From assembly GCA_976226885.1 (NCBI GenBank), contig OZ320318.1:17360001-17424000 (forward strand): a stretch of DNA of 64,000 nucleotides, in the 5' to 3' direction. This document shows, one piece after another, positions 13,601 through 26,599 of this stretch. Both the position numbers and the translations under genes were made by a program. A model generated the notes under the pieces. The model was not told the origin of the DNA. It made no database searches and saw only the letters and a program-made list of their open reading frames with translations. Position 1 is the stretch's first letter, and every line of letters begins with the position of its first letter. This stretch comes from Iphione sp. A-MEVVRFRX5. Its lineage: Eukaryota.

Positions 13601-14797
13601 AGCTAGAGTTTGGCCTTTATAGCCTCATTAACTGATCACATTAACTAGCTGAGTGACCTACAGAGACCAGGTTTTAATCCCCCACCATCATTTGGGTTTC
13701 TTTCTAGTGGGGGTAGGTGAGGTTAGGACAGAGATATAGTTAACACTTTTGTCCTCCTTCTCAAGACATTTTTTCGTCATTCGCTGTGTATGTGTGTGGG
13801 TGTTAACATCCTTTTTTATTTAATGCCCTTAGTGTTGAGTGTAAGCTGAAGTCTTTCAAACCTCACCCCTGAGTCCAACTCGGGAAAGCAACTGTCCATG
13901 CCATGAATGGTGCTCCTGGATGCACCTTCTTCTGGTTCTACAGTGATTCTCCCAGTATCACAGGGTATACACAGCTGTTCCAGTTGTACCACTGGGATCT
14001 AATTTAGGAGAGGATCCCTGTCCGTATCAGTGGGATAGTGTGTGTGGCTGACTGTGCTGGGAGTAACCCAAAGTATCCATTCTGGGTGTGGCGAGGAACC
14101 TTCCTGTCATTCAGCAGTCTTGGATGTGGCTTTTACCAGAAGGTTAACTAAGCCTGTAGGCCCAATCTGACTCTGTGGTGTAGGCTGTTGCTGATCCCCA
14201 TCACTGAAAGATCGACATTCGCAAAGATGGGGAAACTCACAGGGATCATTTAAGGGATCCACCTCTGAATCAGGGTTGAATGTCGGCTGTCTGTCTGAAT
14301 CTTTGGGAGTGTAGGTTGTCTGTTTTTGATAGGAATCAAAGAAAAGATTAATAAGCCCCCCATTGGATGGACTTCCCTCTTCCTCTGTCTCATTAGGGTC
14401 CTCTTGATTTTCTCTCAAGAGGGGCCGACCCGAGGCAATGTTGGTCTTGTTGGCCAGATCTTCATTGGGGGGAATCAGTCAAGGGTGAAGCTCCTTTTGC
14501 TCAAGTATGGTTCCCAAAATTGGATTGGGAGCTTTCAAAAGTCATCGTCTAGGTTGAAAAGATTCATGGGATGCCCGACAGGATATTTCCGGGAAGCTGT
14601 CTTTTGGAAGGTCCTCTACAGGCAGTCCTTCCTCGTGGGTTTTTTTGTTCACCATCGGGGCAGGCAACCCTGCCTCCTTCCTAACACAGCAGTTATAATG
14701 GAAAATGTATTATCTGTACTAATCTTCTCAAAATGGCTCTGTTTATGTATAGTGTATAGTTATAAAGGCTATCAAAAACCTTGTATGATGTACTAAA

Positions 14798-15570
14798 CCA
14801 GAGCTGACAAAAACTTTCAAAGCACAGGGAAAACTCAAAAGCCAAACCATCGCCGTTTCCACCAAAATCATTCAGACTTGGGAAAATTCTGATTTGGAAT
14901 AATGGCCTAAGGCCACTTTGCAACATACTAGTCTTATTCTTAAGTCCCAAATTGGCAAAATTTAGGCAAACTTGTCCGAAAATGGGCAATACTCAGCCAA
15001 ATTCATCCGAAAATCAGCAAAAATGAGCCAAATTCTTCCAAAAAGTCAAAAATAAGCTGAATTTGGCCAAAACTTGGAAAAAATCAGCTAAAATCAGCCG
15101 AAAATTGTTCGGATTTCAGATAGAAACATTCGGTCATATGAGTGTCTACATACAGAGAAATGTTTCCCATAATGGTTCGGATTCGGGGAAATTTGGTTTT
15201 TGATTTGGAAAATTGGATTTGGAGTTACCTCTGTACTCATGCTTCCAGTAAACAGTACTACGTGATTTCCACTTGTTATAAAACAATGTAATAGACTTGT
15301 CACCTGGTGTCATAACATGTCTGAGAACATGTCTTATAATGTATCTTTATTGTCTAAATCTCACAAAGTCCTTTGGATATGTGGGGTCACCAGATGCTCA
15401 AGCCAACAGATGCCTATAGTTTGATTGTTCTGATTAATGATGTTCACTGAATCACACAATATTTGTACACAGCGCTCCTACCAAGTTAAAGTATAAATGG
15501 GAGTTGCTGGAATAAAGGCTGAAGAATTGAACCTACTGGTGTGGTGTACACTTTGTTTTTGTCAACTGGT
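14798..15570. mobile_element. Putative MITE with imperfect TIRs and internal periodic A-tracts
   Basis: ACCAGAGCTGACAAAAAC (14798-14815) versus GTTTTTGTCAACTGGT (15555-15570), an inverted match with a small indel. Internal repeats of AAAATCAGC-like units at 14990-15110. Confidence 0.4.
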
Positions 15571-17849
15571 AGTGACAGGTTTGGGGAGGCGTTTCTAATC
15601 TAGAGGCATTTTAGGAAGACTGTAGAGACCGTATGAATATTTGTTGGTAGAAGGTAAGGATATCACACCAGAAGAGACCAAAATCAGTGTCACCACCAAT
15701 AACAACCTCTGCATCAACAACTATAGCAATGACAAGGACAATGAAGATAATGACAATGTGTTCACCTCTCCTGCATTCAATATCACCCTAAACATCCCAA
15801 TGTCACCATCAGCTGAACTACATTCTCCACATACCAAACTAATACAAGGCACTACACCACCACCACGACCCTCTCCCAATCTCGGTCTTCTAATTCCACC
15901 ACCAATGTCAACCATACCAGTAACAGTAGCCAAAGCTGTAATAGCAACAGCTGCAAGATCAGAAACCAAGATCCCCAACATCAAAGCCAGAAAACACAGT
16001 CAATCCCTCAACTGCACCTGCACTAATCGTTTCACCTGGGAACTCATTCCTGTCAATAATTTACTTTTCTTTTTATATAAAAGAACTGACTTAGTATCAG
16101 AAATCATCTTTTCTGAGTTAGAATATCCCACCTTTCCAGAGGGCCATAGAATAATACCATGCATATATCACAGGATCACTACTCACACAATGCAATAACC
16201 CCAACTATTCCCTAGCTGTCTCTCAGCAACACAATCCCTTATGCTACAATTATACCTCATGATGTAGCCTACACAGCATCAAGAACTTCTTCACCTATCT
16301 CAATCACATGAAATACATCAAAGACTTACCTACCTTCTGCCATTATAGGGTACCACTTTATGAATTACTTAGACATCAATCAAAAATCAAAATCTTTACT
16401 TCTTCTCATTAATCAATGTCATTAGCAGAGAAAACCCATCCTAATTTCAAATTTCTCACCAATTGATATCATCATAAAAAAACTAGGTCATGGACACTAA
16501 ACCTGACCCCAAAAGGTTACTTCCAGTTTGTACTGTAAAGGAAAAATTAAATTTCAGAAACTATATATTATTACATAGTATTTCGATGAGCCCTCAAATC
16601 AACTTCTATACTACTAGTATGTTGACCTGAAGTACAGATGCTTAATGATGCAGAGGTGCAGCAAATCTTGTCTAACATGACTAGGTGAGGGCAGATTTAG
16701 TTACATGGGTTCATATTATAGTATGATCATGTCTGCTAGATTGTGTTACCCTAGAGCTTATTGACCTGTGTGTGGTGAAAGCTGATGGTAGAGTACTAAG
16801 GGAATCACCCTGTCTCTCCTCAGCATATTTATATGCTGGTTTGTATATAGAGCACCACTCTGTCTGAAGACCTCACCCTTTAAAGCACTATGCTGCTACT
16901 GGTCTCATCTAGGTGCTACAGGGTAGTGTCCTAGAACTTGATGCAGAGTATACTTACATATGTGTGTACATACACATATCTGCATAATAACCATTTGTCT
17001 CTTATGGTACATGATAATTTGTCCTTACCAATGTTTTGCCCATTTCCTCAATTACTGCCTGATTCCTTGCTCGAGAGGAGGGTTTTTGAGTTTGCTAGGC
17101 TATGATACAAGTGATAGTTGAACTTATTCCAGAATGAGTTTTTATAGTTCTCTTTACACAGCAGGAGACCGATTAATACCTGTCTTCTCTTACTTTGTCA
17201 AGTATTGGCCTACCTGTTATCTCCTGATATGTTCACGTGTTGGGGCAAAATCCTGACTCATGAACCCAACCCCCAGTATTAAAGTTGAAATAATGGAACT
17301 TCCTTCTGTGTCAATTACATCCCTTCCCACCCTGTCACCTAAAGCAATTTCATGTATTCTTCTGTGGAGAGTCACGTAGCATCGGTATACACAATCATTT
17401 TTTTCTGCACCAAACATCAGACCATAGCTGATTCTTGGTAACAGCATTACATTGGCCACTGTGACTACCACTCCTGTTGATATACTTCCTTATTCTACTC
17501 AAATGTCTCAGTTTCAACCTTTTTGTATTAGATTATGAAAGTGGCTATTGAAAATCAGTTTTGTATTCATTATCACTCCAAGGTAGGTTAGGTACCAGAG
17601 ACATCTGGTAGCGCCTTATTGAAACGACCCTGTGTATAAATAACCCTGACACGCAGGGCCCAGGCGCAGAGGGGTGGCCGCACCGTACGATTCGTCGCTA
17701 TGGTAGACTGGGCACAAAAGCCCCTAGCGTCTGAGGAAATACGTACAGAACGCTTCCAGTGCAAAGAAAATACACTGAGTTAACCCCAACTACCTCTTTG
17801 TTGTTATTTACGGTGCGGCAATAGTAATAGCTATAGACAGACATCAGTT

Positions 17850-18520
17850 AACATCCCTGATAAACAGTCTTGATTTTGAATTACATGGTTGAAAACTGAA
17901 ATGCACCACTTTGGTTTTAGGTATACTAACTCTAATATCATTTTTACAGGCTCATTTCTCTAATTCATCTAGACCTGCCTGTTCTCTCATCCACTATAAG
18001 TACCAAGTTATCAGCATACAAGATAGGTTGACAGCTTAAGGTATTATTCGGTAGGTAATTTCAAATATGTATCAAAATCAAGGGGCCTAGGTAATATAAG
18101 CCCCTGGGGAATGCCACAGCTTAACTTCAACTCAACAGATTCTCTGGTGTTAACTACTGTACATTGTTTCTGCTCATTTAGTCCTTTATCCAGTGGCACA
18201 AAGGCCTTATATTAATATCGCCTAGCTTCTCCAGTAGAATCCTATGACATATATCATCAAAAGCCTTTTCAATATCAATAAGGTTACCAATTACTAAGCT
18301 ATTCTAATTAAGGTAGCCATGAATTTCGGTCAATCAGGGCAGCGATAGCCATTTCAGTTAATTTGTTCTCCCTGAAGCCATGTTGTGCTTCAAATATCAA
18401 GCTATTCCTCTCGAGGTAATTGTATTGCCATCAGTGAATTATAATTTCCATTAATTTATTGGGCAGGCTCAAAATGCTGATTTGCCAACAGTTTCTGTGC
18501 AGATTACAGTCTCCCTTTTT
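17850..18520 (-). pseudogene. Decayed CR1/L2-group LINE reverse transcriptase fragment
   Basis: KKGD..NCWQISILSLPNKLMEIII, YLERNSLIFEAQHGFRENKLTEMAI, IDIEKAFD, GIPQG, ILYADN, KNDIRVSIPKTKVVHF across frames. Confidence 0.8.
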
Positions 18521-18539
18521 ATCTGTGGGGGATAAATTG

Positions 18540-19150
18540 TAAAAAAAATCGTAAACCAGCTTCACATACTCTTCTAGAGGGTACATGCACGAACACTTCC
18601 TGGAGGAGACTGACCAAGTCAATTCTAGAACTTTAAAAGGTAATCTTGACTGCAGGGTAACCTTATTGTTGACTCAAGACTTTCAAGACATTGGTGATTT
18701 TTCTGACTGTTATAGGGGCTGAAGTTACAGGGTTCCTAAATAGTATATTGACCCTCCTTTTAAGGGAAATGAGTCCTGCATTCTCTCCAAAATGCTGCTT
18801 TCTCTACAAAGCATATAATTATTCCATTATTCAATCTTACAACAAAGACGCTAACTAGAGAATACTTTTCTCTTGTTTTTGACTATTTTCTTCTCATTTT
18901 GTATAACCCTTTGTCACCTCTGTGTTGTATAATTATAAATGTTTACACTGGTCATAATCACGGCGAGGTCAGTCAATAGGTTTGATTGGCATAGGATTGA
19001 CATTTGTAAATATTTAAACTGGTAATAATATAGTATTCATCAGGAAACAGGTTAAAATGGAATAACAGATCTATAAACATATATAAGAATGCCACCACAG
19101 TAACCTTTGACAGTGCATTATCCCTTTTGAAATCATCCACCATTTGATAT
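18540..19150 (-). repeat. Dispersed paralogous segment 'W', copy 1 (copy 2 at 55030-55560); decayed, hydrophobic N-terminal stretch plus LRR-like pieces
   Basis: Shared cttctagagggtaca...gggtaac.ttatt.ttga.tcaagactttcaagacattg.tgatt. Minus-strand pieces KVTVVAFLYMFIDLL, VRLNNGII..VEKAAF, ENAGLISLKRRVNILFRNP, with synonymous-looking differences between copies. Confidence 0.6.
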
Positions 19151-19759
19151 GAAAATGGAACTGTTATACGACTTTTCATACTTTCTCATAATTTGTGTTA
19201 CTGTGACCAGCTTTGAGGCATTCATTATATTATAGTGTGGTTAATGCTACCCAAATTTCGAGCTAACAGTGTTATATATGTTCTTACTACTGAATTGTGT
19301 TACACTATTGCCTGGCAGTGTCTGGCAGTGTTCTCCTTGTGTAAAACAGGTATACCATCTATGCGGTATTTTAACTATGTACAACTTAGTGATGTACCAG
19401 CTGTCAGAATATTTATAGTTTTACAAATAAAATCATATTAGATTTAGTAAGACTAACCATATATCTATATAAAACTGAATGCATGATAAGAACAATCAAT
19501 ACACATGTTAAATTTATCTGCATCATACAGGGTGACAATCCGACGAAGTCCTTTCTGGTGGTGGCTGTGAAAGAATTTCATATTCACTACCAGATCAGCT
19601 ATCAAAGAGCCCTTGCCTTCCAGTAGACCTTCAATAATACTTGAAAGGAAACATAATATTCAGCCAGAGAAGACATGTGATATAATATATTTACACATGG
19701 TATCACAGCAAAATTATTTTTATTTTTCTCTATTTCAGAGATATATAGCTACAGGAAAT

Positions 19760-20818
19760 ATGAAAATCACCAAGAATTCAATCACTGGATCAATTTTGGG
19801 CATTCTGACAGTGCTTTCAACTTCTATATCATCTGCTGCTGTACAGGCATTAAGAAGATCAGTACCAGACTTTCAACTGAGTGCCTTTAGATACATTGCT
19901 ATGGTTATTCTAATATGCATACCATTAATGAAGAAAAAGCTCCCAATTAAAATAAATAAAAAGGAAATCCTACCCATTTTGGGCCTTGGTATCACAAGCA
20001 TGGGATTTACTCTACTTTTATTCACAGCAGCATCACTCTTACCCCTTTCAGTTTCAACTAGCATGTTCCTTGTATCATTTACAATTTCAACATATTTAGT
20101 TGCAAGAATACATTTTCAGGAGCAAGTCACAAGTGTCACACTTGTCCTGATTTGTGGATGTATTGTAGGATTGATACTACTCTTACAACCATGGACAGAT
20201 TTTAACATTGGATATGGTTCATTTGGTAATGCTGATGATTTATTAAATACCAGTAATCTTTTAGGAAAACAAATAAAGAAAAACAATACAACAGAGCTGA
20301 CAACAACATCTAATACCCAAACTGATCTGGTTATCTTAGGTTTCATTCTCACTATTTTGGGGGGAATGAATGAGGCCCTTAATTGTGCCCTCGTTAGCTT
20401 TCCCTTAAAGAATTTACATTCATTTCTCATTGTTTTCTATTCAGCAGTCATTGCACTCCCGTTGTCTATCATTACATCTCTATATGTTGAAGAGCCACTA
20501 ATAAAATATGATTTTAATCAAATAATGCTCATATCAGTACACTGTGTAGGTTCTTGTCTAGCTATTTTATTTATGGCTAGAACTATACATCTACTTGGTT
20601 TAGTTGGTGCTGCAATTATTGTAAACTTGGCACCTATAGTACAACTTGTCTTGCAGTATACATTCATGGACAATTATCTAAGTGGCAGAAGAAATGTAAT
20701 GGAAGTAATAGGTTGTGTAATAGTAACTTTCTCAGTGATTTTAAACTCACTTTATCTCTCTGGTCATAACCATGAAGACCTGCAAGTGGTTAAATACCTT
20801 AGTGTACTATACATGTAA
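19760..20818 (+). CDS. SLC35G-like / EamA (drug-metabolite transporter superfamily) membrane transporter
   Basis: Open 352-aa frame from ATG 19760 with about 10 hydrophobic segments in two EamA-like halves (GILTVLSTSISSAAVQAL..VPDFQLSAFRY; LLPLSVSTSMFL..FTI..YLVARIHFQEQV; AAIIVNLAPIVQLVLQYTFM..EVIGCVIV). A polypyrimidine/CAG splice acceptor ends at 19738, so an upstream exon is possible. Confidence 0.85.
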   Translation: MKITKNSITGSILGILTVLSTSISSAAVQALRRSVPDFQLSAFRYIAMVILICIPLMKKKLPIKINKKEILPILGLGITSMGFTLLLFTAASLLPLSVSTSMFLVSFTISTYLVARIHFQEQVTSVTLVLICGCIVGLILLLQPWTDFNIGYGSFGNADDLLNTSNLLGKQIKKNNTTELTTTSNTQTDLVILGFILTILGGMNEALNCALVSFPLKNLHSFLIVFYSAVIALPLSIITSLYVEEPLIKYDFNQIMLISVHCVGSCLAILFMARTIHLLGLVGAAIIVNLAPIVQLVLQYTFMDNYLSGRRNVMEVIGCVIVTFSVILNSLYLSGHNHEDLQVVKYLSVLYM

Positions 20819-23800
20819 TTTTATATACAAAAGTCCTCTATGCAAAGACCTTGGTATATAACAGATCTTTGGCTAAGGTCCTTATACTATGTATCCTAAC
20901 CTTTGAGAAGAACCTTGTGCTTCCGTTCCTCAAATGGTACCCTTTTGGAAGCCCATTGAGACCTAAAGCTACATCTAACTGTACCTGATGAATCTATGAT
21001 TGTTGGAATAATGCCACAAGCATATTTCACAATAACAAAATAAATCTGTTATAGGATATATTGTGACAATTTAATCCTTACATTCACATGGTGTAATGCC
21101 TCTTATTTCTGCATATTTCTGACCTATTATAAGACATAAGACTATACAATTTGTCTATTTGTAATATGACAATTTGTCCCTCTAAAATATAAAGATAATT
21201 TTATATATTTTGATGCAGTGCATCATATTTATTTTTGCTTGAATGTTGCTATATCCATTTTGAATGATTAAAGGCAAGAAGAAAAAAATGAATAAAAGAG
21301 AGGAATTTGAATAATCTGTAATATTGTAGGATTGCTTCTGCTGATGAAATTTCAGCAAAAAATATTAGTTATTGTCAACTGGTCATTTTTCTATGAAGAA
21401 TAATTGTTCCTAGGTGTTATATTCTTATCAATGCTATAATATCTAGGACAATAGGAGAATCCATGGAGAACAAAGGCTTCATGGGTTTTTTATTTTTTTG
21501 TTTGTGAGTTTGCATTTCCTCACTTAGAGACCTTACTCACTAGAGAGACATACCGAGTGCAGTATTTATAAATAAACAATAGTGATTCATGACTAGTTTA
21601 TACAAATAAAATAGAATTATCAAGTGTTTTGATTGAGAGCAACATGTACAGTATTATAATGCTGTTTAATAAATGACAACTGTGCAACACCAGAACTGAG
21701 TTTCTGAGAGTATTCATTCTGTCCTGTGTTCCTCCTTATGTTCCTCTCTTTAAATCATAGTTTGTTGAACCTCAAGACATTAGTATTTGTCAGTGGAATT
21801 ATGCATAAAAAGATATTACAAAATATAATACAGAAGTACAATAGTTGACAGATTAGTAACAAATACTATTAACAGATGTAGTAAAGATTCTTCCTCTTGC
21901 ACATCCTGAAAAGATAAGAATGATAGAGATACTAATAATAGTGACCCAGATTATTCACTTACATAACAATGATTCATGAGCTTGAGCAATTACAGAATCC
22001 CTTCTGTAAAAATATTTTTAAGTTGAATGTAATTGATCATTGGTAAGCCTCCAGTTCAGATTGAGGTGGAATTTATAAAAGGAATGGGTGTTTTTCAAAT
22101 TTGCATACTATTCAAGGTGATTATACCATAAAATTGATCACTGAATGTTGACAAAATTGATACTGCAGACAAATGTGAGACATCATAATTGGATTTGACC
22201 AATCAAACTGTGCAATTTTGTGACACTGTCACAAGTAATGGCAAACCTAAGCATAGTAACAGTGTTCTCATTTGCCCAGCAATCCCCTCATTGCTAACAT
22301 GTTACTCAGGAAAATGCTAATGGGAAAGGTAGTAATATTATTTGATAAAGGAATGTAACAAAGGATATGCAATTATAATTTGATCGAAGGAAATAAAGTT
22401 TACTGAGTATACCCCTGATATACATATACATGTATAATTATATAGTTTGCTTATTTTCATGTCATGTCAAATTATTAACATTGTAAAAACGTTCTACAAA
22501 TGTGTTACATGTAGAATTCACCACAACACATATCTTGATTGGCCTTTCCAAAAGTATTTACAAGTATTTGGCAAAATATTACAAATTTGCCTGATGCTGA
22601 AAATAAATTACAATATATTTATAAACGAGACTTTAGATGAGATATCATCAAAGTAGAGGTAACTATTGGTAACGCATATCCTAAATCCAGATATCCAAAC
22701 AATATCCTATGAGAGACTATAAGCAGATTTGATTAGTGGAGAAGAAATATAACCCCTCAAATAATCAAATGTAAAACTTAAACAGCTTCAGATTTATATG
22801 AAAAATGTATTGTATAGTACCCTTTTAAAGTACAAGTGGTTGCACTTGTATCTGATAGATTCCATCAGTAAGTACCGCCTCTCTGATGAGCTTTGCTTTA
22901 TGTACCTACCTTTTTACTTTTTTCTGATACTGTAATGTATGATATTGTTTCCTTTTTGGCATTTTCCTATTTGTACTAAATAACTCTTGACAATAAAGGG
23001 GAATTCATTTTTACATCTATAGCCACAAAAGTGATGCTCATGCCTGTATCAGATTTCAATCACTTGCATCTCAAAATTCAATCCGTTCTCCTTCTCACAC
23101 TCCTTTCCACACTCTCATAAATGATTTACAGCCAAGTCGCCACAACTATCAAAAGGTGTCTATGTCCGTGTGTGTTAATACTATGACAGATTGTGTACGG
23201 TCACACTGGTTTTTAATGCTAAATTAACGACATTCAAAACAGCAATAAAAGGGTATTTATCAGTACCAATCATTAAACCTATGCAGTATATTCACTACAA
23301 TAGGACCACTGATTCAACAGGACTATTTCAAAACTGGCTAGAATTGCTACCTCAAATGCCAACTAAGAGTAGATCATATTAACATATTAACAATTTATTA
23401 TCTATTTATTATTTATAATTTTTTTAGTTATTAACTACTCCTGATGCTTACTAACTCCTGGTGTCCTGTCAGTACTCCCTTTCAGTCATGTAGAATGCGC
23501 TGTTGTTCCTTGGGTCCTTTTTATATACTTTTCTAAAACTGTAACATAGTGAGGAATGCATCACACGATATGTTTGAAGTAGCTTCAGGTATTGCACAAG
23601 GTAAATACAATCACTGTCAGCACCAAAGATTTTGTCAGGTAATAATAGGCTATGCATCATAAACACTTTTTTCTATTCAGATTGACAACTAAATAGCAAT
23701 CATGCATATCTGAACCTAAAGGCTATTCATTTGACATGCACTATGGTGATCATCAATTGCATTTTTTACATATAATTTTTGTTTTATATTTTTGGTGCCA

Positions 23801-24250
23801 TCATACAGGCAAAATCAGAATGCATTTCATTCCTGAGCTGATTTTAATTGACGGACAAAGTTCCATTTGGCAGAATCCCATTTACAAAATCCTGTTTGTA
23901 AAAGCGAGAAATGCTCATTCATGTTAGGTAGACTAACAATTATTCAACCAACTCAAAGACAACAGATTATAGAATTGCAGAGTATTCGAGGTATACATTG
24001 CAATCAGCTCAGGTAGACAGTCAAAGAACCATAATATCTGACCAAACGCTTCACAATATTTAAAAAATGTTTTCTGAAAAAGTTTTAAAAACATTAGTGC
24101 AAACATATGAAAATTTAAAAGAACTTGCTATTTAAAAGAACCTTTAAAATTTAAAAGAACCTTTCAGGTGCATATTTTTTATTCTTTTATTTTACATGGC
24201 AATACAATGTGGTGCCAGAATTGCAGTCCATTTGATTTTTCACTTCTTAA

Positions 24251-24426
24251 CCAAATGAGGTCAGCTTGTATCCTCAGGGATACACCAACCCGGCCAGAGT
24301 GTTTCCCTCAGGATAAATCAATTACCTACCAGGGTGTATCCCTGGAGATGCGTATTGCAATGTCACTTTGTATAAGTAATTACTGCTCAAATTCTAATTA
24401 AATGCATTGTTTCTTAATAGAAAGGG
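24251..24426. mobile_element. Possible piggyBac-type MITE with internal 12-bp inverted repeat
   Basis: TTAA at 24247-50 and 24427-30 flanking CC...GGG ends. Perfect IR CAGGGATACACC (24275-86) / GGTGTATCCCTG (24333-44). Confidence 0.4.
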
Positions 24427-24899
24427 TTAAGCACCTCTGGAAATAAATATTTATTTATAATTAATGATAATTTAGCCCTTTGTTATACTCTTTTTCCATC
24501 AAAAGGTAACTGAAATCCTGTTTGTTCTCACAACTTCCGAAGCGTCAAAAGAGGCCAACATCATGATACACCCTGGCATTAGTGTCCTCCTGTCTCACCA
24601 GGGGTCTGGCATTATAGCGTTAAGGTACTATATACAGTCTATATACACACAATATGTACAATCTGTACAGGATATATACAAGATATGAATTCTTTGCATA
24701 CATATTGGTGAGATTTGCAAGTTTGGGTATGGGCTGATGCAGTGAGTAGGATGATGATCGGGGAACCTGCGCGACCATTTGAAATATGATAAGTACATAG
24801 TTGTTTTGTAAGGGTCTCTCCAGTTTTCATCACGAAGATTGTTTCACAAGTTCATTTTTAGATGTTTCTTTTAAATTTATGGTTTTGGGGACTTTTTGA

Positions 24900-25870
24900 G
24901 TTGAGATCATGATCAAAGCACAGCGAAGAAGAAGTAACCAATAGCTTTATCTCATCAAGGAACAGTAAAATACTAGCAGTGGGGTTCTGGCTGGCTAGGG
25001 ATGTCCCACATGACAGAATAACCAGGCATAACACGAGAAGGAAAATAATAACACTACGTCCAAGAAAGGAGGGTTATAAAAGGTCGATTGAATATCTGGG
25101 TGCAGGTCTATGGGATAAATTAGAAAAAAATATCTCAGAACTGGACTGGGAAGGGTTTAGGTTGTTCCTTGCAAAATGTGGATGAGAGTCCAAACTCTCT
25201 CTTAAAGTGGGTTGATTACATATAACCAAACCAACGGAAGCGCAGCGCAACATGCCTAATTTGAACGTGACTATTGGTATAATGACTAACAGGAAAGCGA
25301 AGTATGGGAGTAAGTACTCAGTGGAATTTCAATTCTAAACTGTAAAAATGTATGAGGGAGACGAGGGTCATGGAGCAGTAGCTCCTGTCCCATCACCCCC
25401 TCCTTATCCAATACTTCATACAATGAGACAATGCTTTCCTTCTATAAAGGGTGCTAACCATGGAGCACTGCTCCTGGTATGCCCCCTCTCCTGCACATTG
25501 GTACCACGCCTCCCCCTCCTCTAGACTCGACAATTTTTCTGTTAGGTTAACGTAACTTATAAAGTTATCAGGATACATGGAGCAGATGCACCTGTTGTCC
25601 TGTAACTTATCTATAAGAAGTATATCATACCAAGAGAAATGATGTATTTGTTGTGTTGACCTTGAATGACGTGTCTTTTAGAGTCTGAAATTGCCTACAC
25701 CGCATGATAGATACATGGAGCACAATATTTATGTTCTTAACCTACCTTAGAGCGTGAAATAAGCCTAGAATGTGCCATACATGGAGCGCTGCCCCTGTAT
25801 GGATACTGCACAAAATTTAGCCTATGTAAGTAAAGAAGATCAAATTAGAACTACACTCTTCTCAACTTTA
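24900..25870 (+). mobile_element. Element F: 5'-truncated LINE 3' end (RT C-terminus plus 3' UTR with repeated hairpins)
   Basis: RITRHNTRRKIITLRPRKEGYKRSIEYLGAGLWDKL matches the C-terminal pattern of CR1/L2 ORF2 also seen in B (KPKSQKAALSLRYKGASVWNRL). Five CATGGAGC repeats lie downstream. Ends approximate. Confidence 0.65.
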
Positions 25871-26599
25871 TTCCAACGATTTAAAACACTGGATTAATAT
25901 TCAATTTGTTACATCTTTATGTTCTTGACATTCATTACATTTACATTACTTCATCATATGTATTATCACCGGACCTACTTAGGAAGACTGGATGTTACAT
26001 ACATCATATGTATAATTTTCCGTCCAGAGAAAATAAAAGTATTAAAAAAAAAAAATTTCCAGGATTTCCTTGTATAGTAATGACAATCATATTTGAAAGC
26101 TGTAATTTTAGGCTTTGTATTCAGTAACGTAACATTTCGTAACCCACAGTTCTCTTTGATTTTCTTATACTCATGTAAAAGCATTGGGTAATGTATCGTC
26201 GATGAATAGTTATTACTCCTGTAATTAAATTTAGCACATGTTATGTAATGAATGAGCAATCTTCTCCAGTCCAGACATATATCTAGACATTATGTCTATT
26301 TTCAGCTACTGTCATGTAACCATAGAGTATCTAAGTAGGCATGTTTTCCTGAATAAACAGACTCTTTTTCTTTGCCCTTTTGAGAGAGGTTACCCATGCA
26401 CAGCTATTTGTGTGTATTTGGAGTGAATGAGACTCTTTATTTTGTCATTTGTTCAGGTCCACTAACTGCCAGTGCTTTGCTAGACTAAGACACATTACAC
26501 TATGGTATAGCAAACAGCTTCTATCATTTTGTAGGTGCCTGTGAAGAAATCCATGCAGAGAGTGACATTAAACATCTTTAGATGTGATATGGGTAAATC

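Noticed and set aside
13900-14800. GC-richer region with ORFs 14107-14418 and 14326-14796
   Set aside because: Low-complexity translation with no recognisable domain; possibly a gag-like remnant but unsupported.
15641-16420. Pro/Thr/Asn-rich 185-aa ORF followed by a weak Gypsy-RT-like peptide (IKNFFTYLNHMKYIKDL..PLYELL)
   Set aside because: The ORF is low complexity and the RT-like similarity is too short to call.
22861-22910. CTGATGAG hammerhead core-like string
   Set aside because: No GAAA core partner or flanking stems.
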